DNA of 63,205 nucleotides, filler included, from Reclinomonas americana ATCC 50394 (lineage: Eukaryota), in the NCBI GenBank assembly GCA_048213135.1. It is 5 parts of 4 records of this genome, joined end to end, with 100 filler letters (N's around TTAATTAATTAA, not from the genome) between each part and the next. Parts side by side here need not be neighbours in the genome. Positions count along the whole stretch, not along the records: positions 13,606 to 30,894 come from PS015466.1; positions 30,995 to 57,107 come from PS015467.1; 3 more parts are not named here. The stretch is one strand, 5' to 3'. The notes beneath the pieces were generated by a model that saw nothing but the letters and a program-made list of their open reading frames with translations, did not search any database and had not been told where the DNA came from. This document shows, one piece after another, positions 27,228 through 44,000 of the stretch; within the stretch, counting starts at the first letter, position 1, and the number at the start of each line of letters is the position of its first letter. The translations under genes were made by a program, and so were the position numbers.

Positions 27228-28572
27228 TCACGCCTTGACACACGTAATGGTGGTCACCATGCGCTCGCACTTGGACGGCGACGTGCCGCAATTGTCGCTG
27301 GGGTGGCTCACCGCCTTGTAGTTGACAGTGGTCACCGAGCTTCCACCACCTGCTCCACACGAGTGAGTGAGCCATCTCTCTCTCCGCCCTCCCTCCCGTC
27401 TCTCCCCCACACACCGTCCAGGTTGATGGCATTCACAAAGCCCCTGTCCTTGGCCAACTGCGCAAACTCGTAGAGATCCAGACCCTGATTCAGCGGCTCA
27501 TTGCCGTCCACTTGCAACACGAGGACCTCGCCGGCGGCGTTGTTGCCAATGGCCACACGCGGCGCCTTCATCCACACAAAATCAAACGACGGTTGCTCAA
27601 TCGCCGCACTCTCCTCCACGTAGATGGTGCCGTTGCGGAGCAACCAGGTGACGCCAGTGACCAGCTGCTTGAATTGCATCGACTCGACCTGCGCCGCCGT
27701 CAAATAGCCATACACGAACTCGCCGCTCGCCGTCATGCCCCAGTTGGCGTTGCGCGACTCACGCGCATGCACCACTCGCCCGTCGCTGATGACATTGCCG
27801 AGGCAGTAGCCGCGGTGCACATCGAAAAAGCCGGCATTGGTGGCCGCCACACACCGCCGATCCTCCGCCGTCACCGACGTGCGCGTAAAGCCAGGGCAGC
27901 CATGCAGCGGCTCCTGAATCGAAAAGTGGTTGAGCGGGTCCGGCACACGGATGAGATACGCGTGCACGAGCTGATTGTTGATGACGACGCCAAAGTTGGT
28001 GTACTCGTACGGCGACACCCAGTACGGCCGCTTCTCCGCCGTCATCGGCTGCGCCACGGGAAACGTATCAAAATGCGGCCGCGACAAGCTGCTATCCTTG
28101 CTCGTGCTGGAGCTCGTCTCCATGAACAACTCCAGCAACTCCTCCTCATCGCCGCTGCCGCTGCCACGCAACCTTAATGATCGATTGATTTATCAGTCAG
28201 GGGTCAATGCATTTCCTCGCACACACGCACACAGAGTGCGTCTCCGTCTCTCTTAAGCACACGCACTCGCTCATGCTCCGTCAGTCTCTCCCTGTGTGTG
28301 TGTCTATTGGTGACTCACCGACTCCACGTGTCGACACTTTCATCATCACTGCTCGCCCGCACCGAATTCGCCGATTGCGACACAGAAGGAGGAGGCACGC
28401 GGAGGAGTGCGTCTCCCTGTGGCACTCCAAACTCACCCGGTGGGTACGGCTGTGCGCTGTGCTCTCGCGGCATGCCGCCCTCGCGCTCCTGCTCCAGACC
28501 GCGCACACTCACACACAAGGCGACGAGGATCGCGGTGAGCAGGAGCGCGGTGAGAGTGCCTGCTGCTGCCAT
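27228..28572 (-). CDS. Phosphodiester glycosidase (NAGPA / uncovering enzyme-like) with signal peptide
   Basis: Signal peptide; CVAATNAGFF, CLGNVISDG, LVTGVTWLLRNG, APRVAIG, VDG, AINLDGGGS, PSDNC...CER. Confidence 0.88.
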
Positions 28573-28957
28573 GTGCGTGAAGGCGGAAGCAGAGAGAAAA
28601 AAGTTCCGATGATCTGCTTCGGTCGACTGATTGCGTGTTTTACACACATTGATTGTTTTGAGTTGTCGCGAGAGCAATGTCTCACGGTGCGTGCGTGTGT
28701 GTGTGAAGGCAGTGTTGCTGCATGTGTGTGTGTGTGCGTGTGCGTGCGTGCTCTGTTGGCTGTGGAGGGGGCGAGGGGGGTTGTCCATGCCCAACTTGAA
28801 ATGTTTGTCGCTCTCTCTGTTGTCTCTCACGCGCACTCGTGTGCTTGGTCTTTCTGCGTGTTTGTGAGTCGAGCAAGGGTGTGTACCATGTTGTCTCCTT
28901 GCTGCATGTGCACGTGTGGGGGGAGGGAAAAATTGTCAGTGACTTTTGTTTGAGGAC

Positions 28958-32754
<3,797 letters not shown>

Positions 32755-33031
32755 GCATGTTTGTTTTTTTGGTCGTCGACTTGCAACAAGAGTCGAGAGA
32801 GTGTGTGCGTGCGTGCGTGTGTGTTACAGTTAACAGACTGAGAAAGAGTCACAGAGTCAGAGAAACAGAGAGTGAGAGTGAGAGAGTAAGAGTGAATGAT
32901 GAATGGCGTATAATCGTCGTCTACTCTCACACTAGAGAAAAGAATACATTTTCCCCTCCAGAAAATAACCCCCCTAAAAAAGCGGGCAAGCTTACAGACA
33001 GCTCATCAGCAGCCGTTCATGTGTCGCACGG

Positions 33032-36000
33032 TCACAGCACGTGGCCCGGTCCGTAGGGTCCGTCGTCAAAGGCATACGGCGACGACTCGACATCGGCTCC
33101 TACTGTGAGGGCGTCAATGCAGTGCGCGAGGGGACAGAGGATGCAGAAGGAGAGAAACGAAACTGTATCCGGCGCCATTGCTGCTGCCACCAGCACTCAG
33201 CGCACTGGCCGATGGTGAGCGTGCGGGAGCGGCCGTGATGCGTTTTGAGTCGGCCGTTGGAAGTTGGCCGAACAACTTGATGTCGAGGATCTGGCGCAGT
33301 CGCGTGAGCACCAAGAGCGCACTCAGCCACTGGAGAGAGAGACATGCTGCGCGACCACAAACCTGGAAGCCAGAAACGTCGGAGCCAGGCGACTCGAACT
33401 CGCAGCGCAGCACGCGGCACGCAGTGTGACGAGCGCTCTTGCTGAGTGCGACTTTTTGCTGAGCGCTGGCATCGATCAGACGACCCTGTCCAAACGCCGC
33501 ATACAGACGCTCGCTGCATGACGGAAAAGAGGTGAGCACACACTGGAAACCTAGGATTCTATGAGTTTAAGAAAGCAATGACGCAACGGCGTGTCGGTAG
33601 ACGGCGCCGCAAAGAGGCTGTACGCAGTAGGACCGCGGCCGTCGCCCGGCGTGGTCACCAGCAAATGGTCGAGCACCACATCGCAGGCAAAGGTGAACAC
33701 CACCGAGGTGTTCTCCACGCGGCACGCGGCGAGCCACTCTGGTCGAATCGGCGCAGTCTCCGGTTCAGCACCTGCCAGGAGGAAGAGGAGGGGGATGATG
33801 AGCAAAAACACGGAGGAACAGTAAGCATGCGCATTCGAATGCCACGCAACTCGCATGAGACGCAGAGGCAGCGACGCTCTTCTTGGTCGGCAGCGTCAGC
33901 GGTGCCGAGCCCTTCGGGTAGAATTGCGCGGCGACCTTGTGACGAATGGCACGACGCTGCTCCTCGGGGGTGGGCGGCGCACGGATGCCGCGTTGCGGCC
34001 GCACGCTAATGTCGGGGTCGCGGTAAATGGCCGAGCTTGACGCCAGCGGTGCACCCGAGGCCGCTGCGTGATAGATGCACATGAGGGTGGAAGGAACGCA
34101 GAGAGAATGTCGAAAAAAGGTGTCAGTACACAAACCGGCTTGGAAGCGCTGCTTGGCTGGCGACACTTGCTGGCCGCGTTGCGGGCTGGAAGTGCCGTTG
34201 CTGCTGCCACCGCGTGGCGTTCGGGACCGAGAAGGGCTACCACTGTCGGGCGCCACTCGTGCGGGCGGTGGTGGCGAGCCCTGGCCGCCCAGCGGATCGA
34301 CAACGGTGCCACGCACGACACCCTCTGTGTGTCGGTAGAAATGCGGTGAGCTAGCAACATAAGTGAGGACGACAGGGGGCTCAGACAGACCTTGCGGACC
34401 GGCACCTCGCTGCGGCGAGCTCATGCGGCCGACACTCGTCTTGGTCATGCGCACGGCGGCACGCGACGGCGACAACCGTGACAGGACACCGCTCACTGTG
34501 AGGAGAGTAGGCATGAGTGGTGCGGCAACTGTTAAGCAGAGTGACAGGGGGGTTGTTGACGCACCACCACCCTCGCGGAGTACACGGTGCACTTCCACCA
34601 CTCGCGACGGGAATCGAATGCGCGGGAAGGCAGCTGCACGGATCAGCGTCACCGTGGGATTCGGCGGCAACAGTACAGGTCCCGTGTCTACGGAAAAAAA
34701 GAAGGAGATGCATCAGCAACTTGGCAAGAATTCTCCTCCCTTGCTGGCAAGACGCAACAGAGTTTTGAGTCGACCGTGGGCACACTGCCGTCGAGCGTGA
34801 ATCGGATCTCGAAATCACGCGACACCTTGGCGTCGCCCTCCAGCACCAGAAGGTTGTCCTTTTCCACGTACGTGAGAATCGGCGTCTCGATCACTGCGAC
34901 CGCGTCAGGTAAGGCACACGAGAAGACAGAGAAGAGTGCACGGCGACGGCGGCGGCGGCATCGCAACTGTCGGGCGGCGAAAAGTCGGCAATCTCGCTGC
35001 GGAACATGCCGCGTCCGCACGACATGATGCGAATCACCTGCGGCAGGCGACCAGTGACAAAACCACCCATGTGCGGGCCGTATTCGTCGAGGAACAGTCC
35101 GTTCATGTCGTACTGCGGGCTCCTGCGAGTTGCACATGGTTTCAGCGGTCACCAGGGGGAAGCACGTGGGCGAGTGGAATGATGCGCAACTGCATGGTGG
35201 GCTTGGAGCCGTCCAGCGTGTAGAAAATGTCGCACTCCTGTCCGGGGAGAACGGTGACGAAAAAGGCCTTGGCCAGCGGATCAAAGTGGCCAGAGGGTGT
35301 CGGCGTCTCTGTGTTGAGCGAGTTGAGTCAGTGGGACAAGAGAAAGAGGAGACACTCCCGTGTGCGCACACACACACCTTGCGGAACGTCAAACGCGACG
35401 ATTTCCGAAGCGTACTTGCAACGCGCCAGAGCCACCACCTTGATGACTTGCGGGTACGGCTTGCGCAGCTTGATGGGTCCCGTGTAGCGCGGTGAGACAC
35501 GCGTCGGCTCCTTGCCGTCAATCGTGTACAGGTAGACCACATCGGGCGACACTTGCGACAGTGTGAATGTGCGCGCGTACACGTCAAAGTGTCCCTCTGG
35601 CGGCTTCGTGGTCAAGTACTTGCGCAGCACCGAGTCCTCGTGCTGGAACTCCGCCTCGTACTCCTCGTGCATCATCTGGTGTGGCATGGCACATGAGATG
35701 CGCAAGAGAAAACAAGTGCGTGTGGCCAGACATGACACTCAATCGCAACTGCAGTGTTGGCCTCGCGGGCGTGATGAATGGCCAGCACGGCCTGGCGGAA
35801 GACCTCGGTCACGTGCTTGAGGTTGTTGGAGAAGATCTCAATGTACTTGAGAATGCCGGCCGACTGCGCAAACGAGATGGCGTCGTACGAGGAGACAGTG
35901 TCGGGCGACTGCGACGCCTCGCTGCGGGTCTCGGCATGAGCGCCAATCAGAATCACCGGCACACTCCGGCGCTGCGCGAGTGGAAAGGCCGGTGAGCATC

Positions 36001-36913
36001 GACAACAAGGGAGGGAGGGAGGGAGAGGGAGGAAGGGGAAAGGCGAACCGGAGCCAGGTCGCGGAACTCGCGAATCTCCTTCAAGTAGCGCGCCTTGGCG
36101 GCCTCAAACGAGCGCGGATCACGCAGCGAGAAGACGAGCAGGAAAATGTCGGTGGCCGGGTAATACATGGGCCGCACATCGTCGAAGTCTGCCGTGCACT
36201 CCGGCAGCCACATCTCCAGCGTGCACTGCGAGTGATCCGAGGTGGGCCCGCTCGCCGCATCCTCACCACGATGCGCGTCCTCGTTCGGATCAAACACGCG
36301 ATGCACAATGTCGCACGGCGGCAGCGACAGCTGATCCAGCAGGTTGGGGAAGCGCTGCACGAGTTCCGGCAGCACAAACAGCTGCATCAGCTCCAGCTTG
36401 CCAGAGTGCTCTGCGTGAGGGAGGGGTGAGTGAGAAGGAACAGACTTGGAGAGAGAGGTTTGCATTGCTCACCATCGCCGAGAATGGTGACCTTGAAGAG
36501 CGGGCCACTGCCACCCTGCGGCTCCACCAGCACAGCCGAGTCGTTGAGTGTTGAGTGCTGTGTACGTGATGATGATGAGTGGCATGAGGGCCCTGCAGAG
36601 TGATTGTGCGGTCTCTTTCTCTCTCACACACGCACCAGCTCCACCGACAAACGACGCCGGCGATCGTAGAGGAACTCAATGTCGTCGTCGGTCAAGTCGG
36701 CCAGCTCTGCGTACCGATGCTCCTCAATGTACCCTCGCAGCTCCTCCTCACTCATGTCTGCAGCAGCAGCAGAGTGAGCGAAACACACAATGAGAGAGTG
36801 AGTTGCACACAATTCAGACATGCGTGTGTTCGCGCGCGCGCTCTCTCTGTGTGTGCGTGGTGTACGCAACATGGCAGTGAGGGGACGTCGGAGGTGGACG
36901 AAGGGGCGGCCAT
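33032..36913 (-). CDS. Multidomain protein: degenerate Rho-like GTPase + three Fn3-associated (chitobiase C-terminal-like) repeats + disordered linker + discoidin/galactose-binding-like C-terminus
   Basis: KVTILGDEHSGKL, VRPMYYPATDIFLLVFS..DPRSF, VPVILIG, EVFRQAV; three YT(I/L)DG/FTLDG-x-x-PT motifs; C-terminal beta-strand pattern VVFTF..VVLDHLLV...GPTAYSL...ILDIKLFG. Confidence 0.72.
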
Positions 36914-38063
36914 GGCGTTTTGTGTGTGTGTGGAAAATCTCCGCAGGCGACGAGCAAGCGAAATGCACGATGCGATATCGAATGTGTGAGAAAGAGAGAG
37001 AGAGCGGTGGAGGGTGAGGCTGCGGAAAAGGCGAGCGATGTGCCTTGTGCGCGTGCGACTCTGCGTGTGTGTTTGGTGCACTGGGTCCGCGGAGGTTGGT
37101 TGGTTGAGTGGGACAGTGAATGTGATATCGATATCGGCCGCGAGACGGGCAACCGGGACCAGAGATTCGCGGTGTTAGGCTATGAGTGCGCTTCGTGTTG
37201 ATGAGCATACAGGAGGAGAGGGACGCATTGCAACATAAAGCAAGAGGAAAAGCCGAATTCGGAAATTTCCATTTTCGCAGCGATTGCGACGATATCGCTC
37301 CCCGCGCATCCGACGGCTGGAGCATGCAGCAACAGCAAGCCTTTTTCTTATTCAAACAGCAACATAGCTGCACCATGATGAACCTTGTGGAGGCACCAGA
37401 AACTGAGACGCCACGATTCCTTTCTCTCAGTGTTCACGTGATGTCTGAGTTTCTGGTGCTCACTCAAGATGGTGATCATCATGCAGCTGCTGCTGTTTGG
37501 ATTAGTAAAGTTGTTGTTGTTGTTGTTGTTGTTGTTGTCGGATCCGGATCCGGATCCGAAATTTCTGATGCGCATGCTGGCGTTTTGCAAGAGTAACCAC
37601 GCACGTTGGTGCACGAGTCACACAGATTCGACGCTGTCTCTCGCACCTGAACGCAAAATGCAGCGAAAAGGGAAGGGCATGTGGTGCGTCGACTTCAATT
37701 TCGCACCAATGCATGATCATGTGCGCTCACTCACCCACTCACCCACGCGCACACTCTCGGCCCCCCTCCACCACCTCCCTGGCCTACTCATGACACCGAA
37801 AAGCGAGTCGATACACCAGCCATTTCGAACGAACACATGCATGCAAAAACAAAACGAATTCTTCCGCATTCGTTGAATCTCCCTCCTTCACGAATGACAA
37901 GCATGGCCACTGCCACGACCACAGCCCACCCCCCACCCCTCCACAAAAACACTGTGCGAGTATTGAATATTGACTTCAAAATCGCTGCATGGCGTCGCGA
38001 GCGTCGGTTGCATTCAGGTGCTGTCCAGATCCGGATCCGATCTTTGCGCACACCAACAAAATC

Positions 38064-41000
38064 ATGTCTCGCCCGCACGCCATGGCGGCACACGCCGCTC
38101 TCTTCCTCATCATGTGCGTGGCGACGCTCTCTCTGCTCGCCTCCACGCCCACCGCACACGCACAAGGCACAACGCCTCCCTACGACTACGCGCGCGCCCT
38201 GCAACTCTCCTTCTTCTTCTATCGCGCACAACGCGCCAAGGGCTCCACCGCCAACATCAACTGGCGCGCCGACTGCTACCCCAACGACGGCAACAATGGC
38301 AGCCTCGCGGGGGGCTGGTTTGATGCCGGTGATCAAGTCAAGGTGCGTGTGTGTACAATGTTCTCGCACTCTCTCTCTGTGTGTGTCTCACACACAACGC
38401 ATCTTTTGGTTAGTTCCACTTGCCGCTCGGTTACTCGGCGTCCATGTTGGCATTCAGTGGACTGGAGTTCGGCGCCGGCTACACGGCCACCGGACTGCAC
38501 TCGGCGCTGCAAGCCGAACTGCAATACATCACCTCGTACATTATTGCGGCGTGGGAGGTGTGTTGTTGCCTTTTTGCGCTGCTGCTCTGTAGTTCTGCGA
38601 ATACCGACCGACGTACGTGCAGCCGTCTGTGCCGCGCTTGGCTGGTCAAGTGGGCGACGGCAATGTCGATCACTCATACGTTGCGTGATAGGCATCTTGT
38701 CTTGTTGTGTTGTTGCTCACTGTCTCATGCGCGTCACAGTGGATGGCGTGCGAGGTCCTCACCACGTTTTACACCACCACGCCGCGCCCCACGTACTGGC
38801 TGGTGCGTTCTGTGCTCGTTGCCGGCGCATTCTGTAGCGGAAATTGACACCTGCTGAGCGCAGACACCCACGTGCCCGGGCACGGAGGTGGCCATGGAGT
38901 TTGCCGCTGCACTCGCCGCCTCGGCGCTTTACTTTACTCAGTACGGTATGTGTGTGTGTGTCTCTCTATCTGTGTTGTGCACTCTTCCCTTTGGCCTCAT
39001 TTCGTTGTCGTAGGCGGCGCCACGTCGACGTACATTTCACAACTGCGCACGGTGGCCGCGCAGCTGTACGACTTTGGCTTCAACTACAAGGGCGCGTACT
39101 CGAACTGCATCACCAACGCTGCCGCGTTCTACAACAGCTGGAGCGGCTACCAAGATGAGATCGCCTGGGCCAGTGCCTGGATGTACAAGCTCACTGGCGA
39201 CTCGGCGTACCTGAGCAAGGCGACTGCGGCGTATGGTGTCTCGGACCCTGGTCTCGGCGTCATCTCATGGTACGCAGTCGTCGTCAATGAGCTCACCCCC
39301 TCTCCCTCCATCGTGGCTCACCTTCTGCGTGTCTCCCTCCACCAGGGACAATGTCTCGCAAGGCGCAGGTACTTTCTCCTCCGTCCTCCCTCTCACCCTC
39401 CCACCCCTCTCCCTCACCCATCCTCCCCTTCACCAGCGCTGCTGTTGTTCGACGCCGCCGTGGCCACGGGCAACACGTCGCTTCGCGACACAGTAGTCTC
39501 GCGTCTCAACAACGACATGAACCGCCTGAGCACGTGCTCGGTGGGCATGGGTTGCACGCCCGACGGCCTGATTGTGGTCGACCAGTGGGGCTCGCTTCGC
39601 TACGCCGCCAACGGTGCCGTGATTGCCGAGGCCTGGGCCAAGCGCTGGCCGTCCACAGCCTCCACCGCGCTCGGTGTCTCCTCGTCGCAGATCAACTACA
39701 TCCTCGGCAAGAACAGCGCCGCTCGCTCGTACGTCATTGGCTTCGGCTCAAACTTCCCGCGCAATCCGCACCACCGCACTGGCCACGGCCCGTGGGCGAA
39801 CCAGGCCGGTTGCTGCCCGACTGTCAACGTGCACACCCTGTACGGTGCCCTGGTCGGCGGTCCCTCGTCCACCAACCCAGCGTCCTATGTTGTTGCGTTT
39901 CTGAAAGAGCGAGGAGTGTTAAGGTAAGTTTTTTTGTCGCTGATAAGTGTGTGTGCTTGCAGGATGATCGCACCAACTACGTCACCAACGAAGTGGCAGT
40001 CGACTACAACGCTGGACTCACTGGTGCGCTGGCGGCGCTGAGCGCTCGCTTTGCCGTCTCACCACCGCCGACCATCGCCACCGAGGCCGTGCAAACCGAG
40101 TTTGCGGCGGCGGTGACAGTGCAGCAACAGCAGGCCGGCTCGTTCACCGAATTCAAGATTGTCATTAGCCAGACTACCGCCTGGCCCGCTCGTCGCTTCC
40201 CGCTCGCCTACCGGTGCGCCACCACTCACGTGTGAACTCACCACTGTCGCCACACACTTACCGTGCATTTTGTCGCACAGCTACTTCCTCGACTTGAGCG
40301 ATGTGGCCTCGATGAACCTGGGCGGCACCCCCGCCTCGCACGTGACTGTGAGCACTTCGTACAATCAGGGCAGCGCCACTGTCTCGCCCCTGCAGCTGTG
40401 GTCCGGCAATATTTGTTGCGTTGCTGCGCGTGGGCACGCACGACATGCGCTCTTGCTGCTGACACGACGTTCTTCACCACAGACTTTATCGAGGTGTCCT
40501 ATTCGGCTGCCAACGCACCGTATCCAGGTGGCCAGGGCGTGTACCAGGTGCGACCATCTCCAAACTCTCACCCCTCTCTCTGTTTGTGCTGAAGCAACAC
40601 CTGCGCGCAGGCCGAGGCTCAAATTCGCTTCACCCTCTCCGGCAACGTCACCAACAGCAAGTGGGACCGCACCAAGGATTGGTTTGTCGTGCTGCACTTA
40701 CGATTCCTTGTTTTCTCTCAGGCACACAGCTCACATCACCACTCCAGGTCGTACGCCGGAGGCTCGCATGTGGTCATTTACAACTCGGCACTCGGCCAAA
40801 TCGCCTTTGGCACACAGCCCGACGGCAGCGGTGTGCCACCGCCGACTCCGCTGACATGCCCGAACAACTGCAGCAGCAACGGCACTTGCGACACCACCAC
40901 CGGTCTGTGCACCTGCACCAGCGGCTACACCGGCCTGGACTGCTCTGGTTTGCACGTTGCTCCTTCACGATTACCTCGCTCCTCCTTCTCTCATGATCAC

Positions 41001-44000
41001 GCCTCGTGCACTCGCAGTTGCCCCGCCCAATCCGATTCCCTGCCCGAGCAACTGCAGCGGCCACGGCATGTGCGATACGACTCGCGGCGTGTGCGCCTGC
41101 ACTGGTGGCTACACCGGCACCGACTGCAGCGGTGTGTTTTCTTGTCGCCGTCAGCCATCAACGAATATCTGTCTCACAACCGCCTTTCCACTCAGTGGCC
41201 CCGATTCCGTGCCCGAATAACTGCTCAAGCCACGGCAACTGCGACACGACTCGTGGCGTGTGCACATGCACTGGCGGTTACACTGCCACCGACTGCAGCG
41301 GTTCGCAGCATTGCGTCGCCACACGTGAGCTGTGTTCAGTACCCAACTCATTTTCTGCATTGCGCAGTGGCACCTCCGTTGCCGGCCGACTGTGTCGTAT
41401 TCAACGTCAACGTGTGGGGCGGCGGCAACGGCATGACCATCAATGCGACGGCTCCGACCGCCAAGCTGGTGACTCGTGTGTGTGGAGTCTCTGCAGTTGA
41501 AGGAGTGCTTCGACCAACTGTATATTGTTGTTGTGTGTGTAGGGCTCCGTGATTTCATGGACATGGTCTGGCTCGGTTACGATCAGCAGCACCGACATCT
41601 GGAACGCGACATTGATCAACAGCACGTCCGTGAAGACCATGTACGACAACATGGGCAACTTTGGCTTCAACGCCATTTACGTGCGTCATTCCGCCTGTCA
41701 CTGCGATCCTATTGAACAAAATTGCATTCTGACCATCGTGCTCAGACCGGAACCACTGCGCCGACTGCCTCCAACTTCAAGATCGATGGCGTGTCGTGCG
41801 GTGGTTGCGTATTCATTCTCTTTCTCATTCTTTCCGTCTCTCGCACTCTAGCTGACCTGTCGTGTGCTTCACAGCCTCGATGCCCACCTGCCCCACGTGC
41901 GCGAACGGCGGCTCATGCGACACGGCGACAGGCAAGTGCTCATGCACGAATGGCTTCGATCCGGCCACCAACTGCACCTCCTGCTTGGCCGGACGCTTCG
42001 GCGCCACCTGCAGTGGCACGTGCCCCACCTGCGCCAACGGCGGCAAGTGAGTCGTGTTCTGAATACGTATATACGAAACGTAATCGCTCACGCGCCTCCT
42101 TGCACACCTCGCCTGCAGGTGCACTGATGGCTTGTCGGGCAACGGCACATGCTCGTGCCCCATTGGCTTCAACACCGCCGACAATTGCGCGTCGTGCTTG
42201 CCGGGTCGTTATGGGGCCACCTGCAGTGGCGTCTGCGCGTGCCAGAACGGCGCCAGGTTTGTCGGTTGTGATTTGCCGTCCGTGCATACCAACGTCTTAT
42301 ATCATCGAATGCAGCTGCAACGAGGGTATCACCGGCAACGGATCGTGCACTTGCACCACTGGTTTCTACGGCTCCACGTGCTCGGGACAGTGCTCACAAT
42401 GGTGTGTGACGACAGTGAGTGTGCATGGAGTTCACCGATTGTGACATTCGTCGTGCATTATCAGCCCTGCGAACACTGCGTGCACCTCTGGTGCCAATGG
42501 CGGATGCGTGTGTGCCGCCGGCTTCGCGTCTCCCACTTGCACTAACTGCATTGCTGGCCGCTACGGTCCCACGTGCAGCGGCGTGTGCCCGACTTGCGCC
42601 AACGGTGGCACGTTGCGTCATGATGACCTTACTGCTCTTGTTGGCTTTCAACCTCTGACACGCATTCTTCGTGCAGGTGCCAGAGTGGCACGACCGGTGA
42701 CGGCAAGTGCGCGTGCCCGGCTGGCTTTGACCCGGCGACCAACTGCGCCTCGTGCTTGGCCGGCCGCTACGGCTCGACGTGCAGCGGTACCTGCAACTGC
42801 GTAAATGGCGGAACGTGCGTTGTTCACAGCTTGTTGCGAGTGCTTGCATTTCTCCCGGATTACTGACTGCCTGCTGCAGATGCAATTCTGGCCTGACTGG
42901 CAACGGAACTTGCACATGCCCCACTGGCTTCTACGGTGCCACATGCTCCGGCCTCTGCTCGCAGTGGTGTGTATCGCAGTGCTTTTCTGTTACGTGCGAC
43001 TGTGCTTACCACTGTGCCTTGCAGCCCCGCCAACTCGACCTGCACCTCTGGTGCCACTGGCGGCTGCGTGTGTGCTGCTGGTTTCGCGTCTCCCACTTGC
43101 ACCACCTGCATTGCCGGCCGCTACGGCCCCACATGCACTGGCGTGTGCCCGACCTGCGCCAATGGTGGCACGTTGCGTCGTGATGACCTTACTGCTCTTG
43201 TTGGTCTTCCATATCTGACCCGCATTCTTCGTGCAGGTGCCAGAGTGGCACGACCGGCAGTGGCAAGTGCACGTGTCCTGCTGGCTTTGACCCGGCGACC
43301 AACTGCGCATCGTGCTTGGCCGGCCGCTACGGTTCGACGTGCAGCGGTACCTGCAACTGCGTGAATGGCGGAACGTGCGTTTCTAGCATGCAAACTGGCG
43401 ACCGTGTCACTCTGCATGTTCTCACCGTTTTCGCCACAGCTGCTCATCTGGTCTGACGGGTACTGGTGCATGCACTTGCCCCAACGGCTACTACGGTGCC
43501 ACGTGCTCTGGCCTCTGCTCGCAATGGTGAGTCACAGCAACTCGAGAATGTTGCGTCCACAGAGGCTCATTGCTTGTTGTCATCGGCAGTCCCTCGGGAA
43601 CCACGTGCCAGTCTGGTGCCACTGGAGGCTGCACGAGTTTCGTGTGATGTTGGGGAGCATATGTGTGTGTGGCAAAGATCGTGACGCACTCACTCCACGT
43701 TTTGTACAGCTTCTGGAGGCGCCACCTGTGCCGATGTCACGTGGGCACCTACCTCAACATGGCCTGGTGGACAGACGGTGACGGTGACGATCAAGACCGG
43801 CAAAGTGGTGCGTTTGACGGCGCATGCCCATGTAGGTTTATGTGCATCGCAGCTGAACGATGCATGCGTAGGGAACCAAACTGGGCTGGACATGGAGCTC
43901 TGCTGTCACGTCGCTGCAGACGTGGAGCGTTACCGAGCTGGTGAACGCGACGACCATGAAGACGAAGCCATCGTGAGTTTTTTCCACGTCACCTCTCACC

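Noticed and set aside
42612..43236. Introner (mobile intron) pair
   Set aside because: The two near-identical introns sit at homologous positions in duplicated exons, so duplication or conversion explains them
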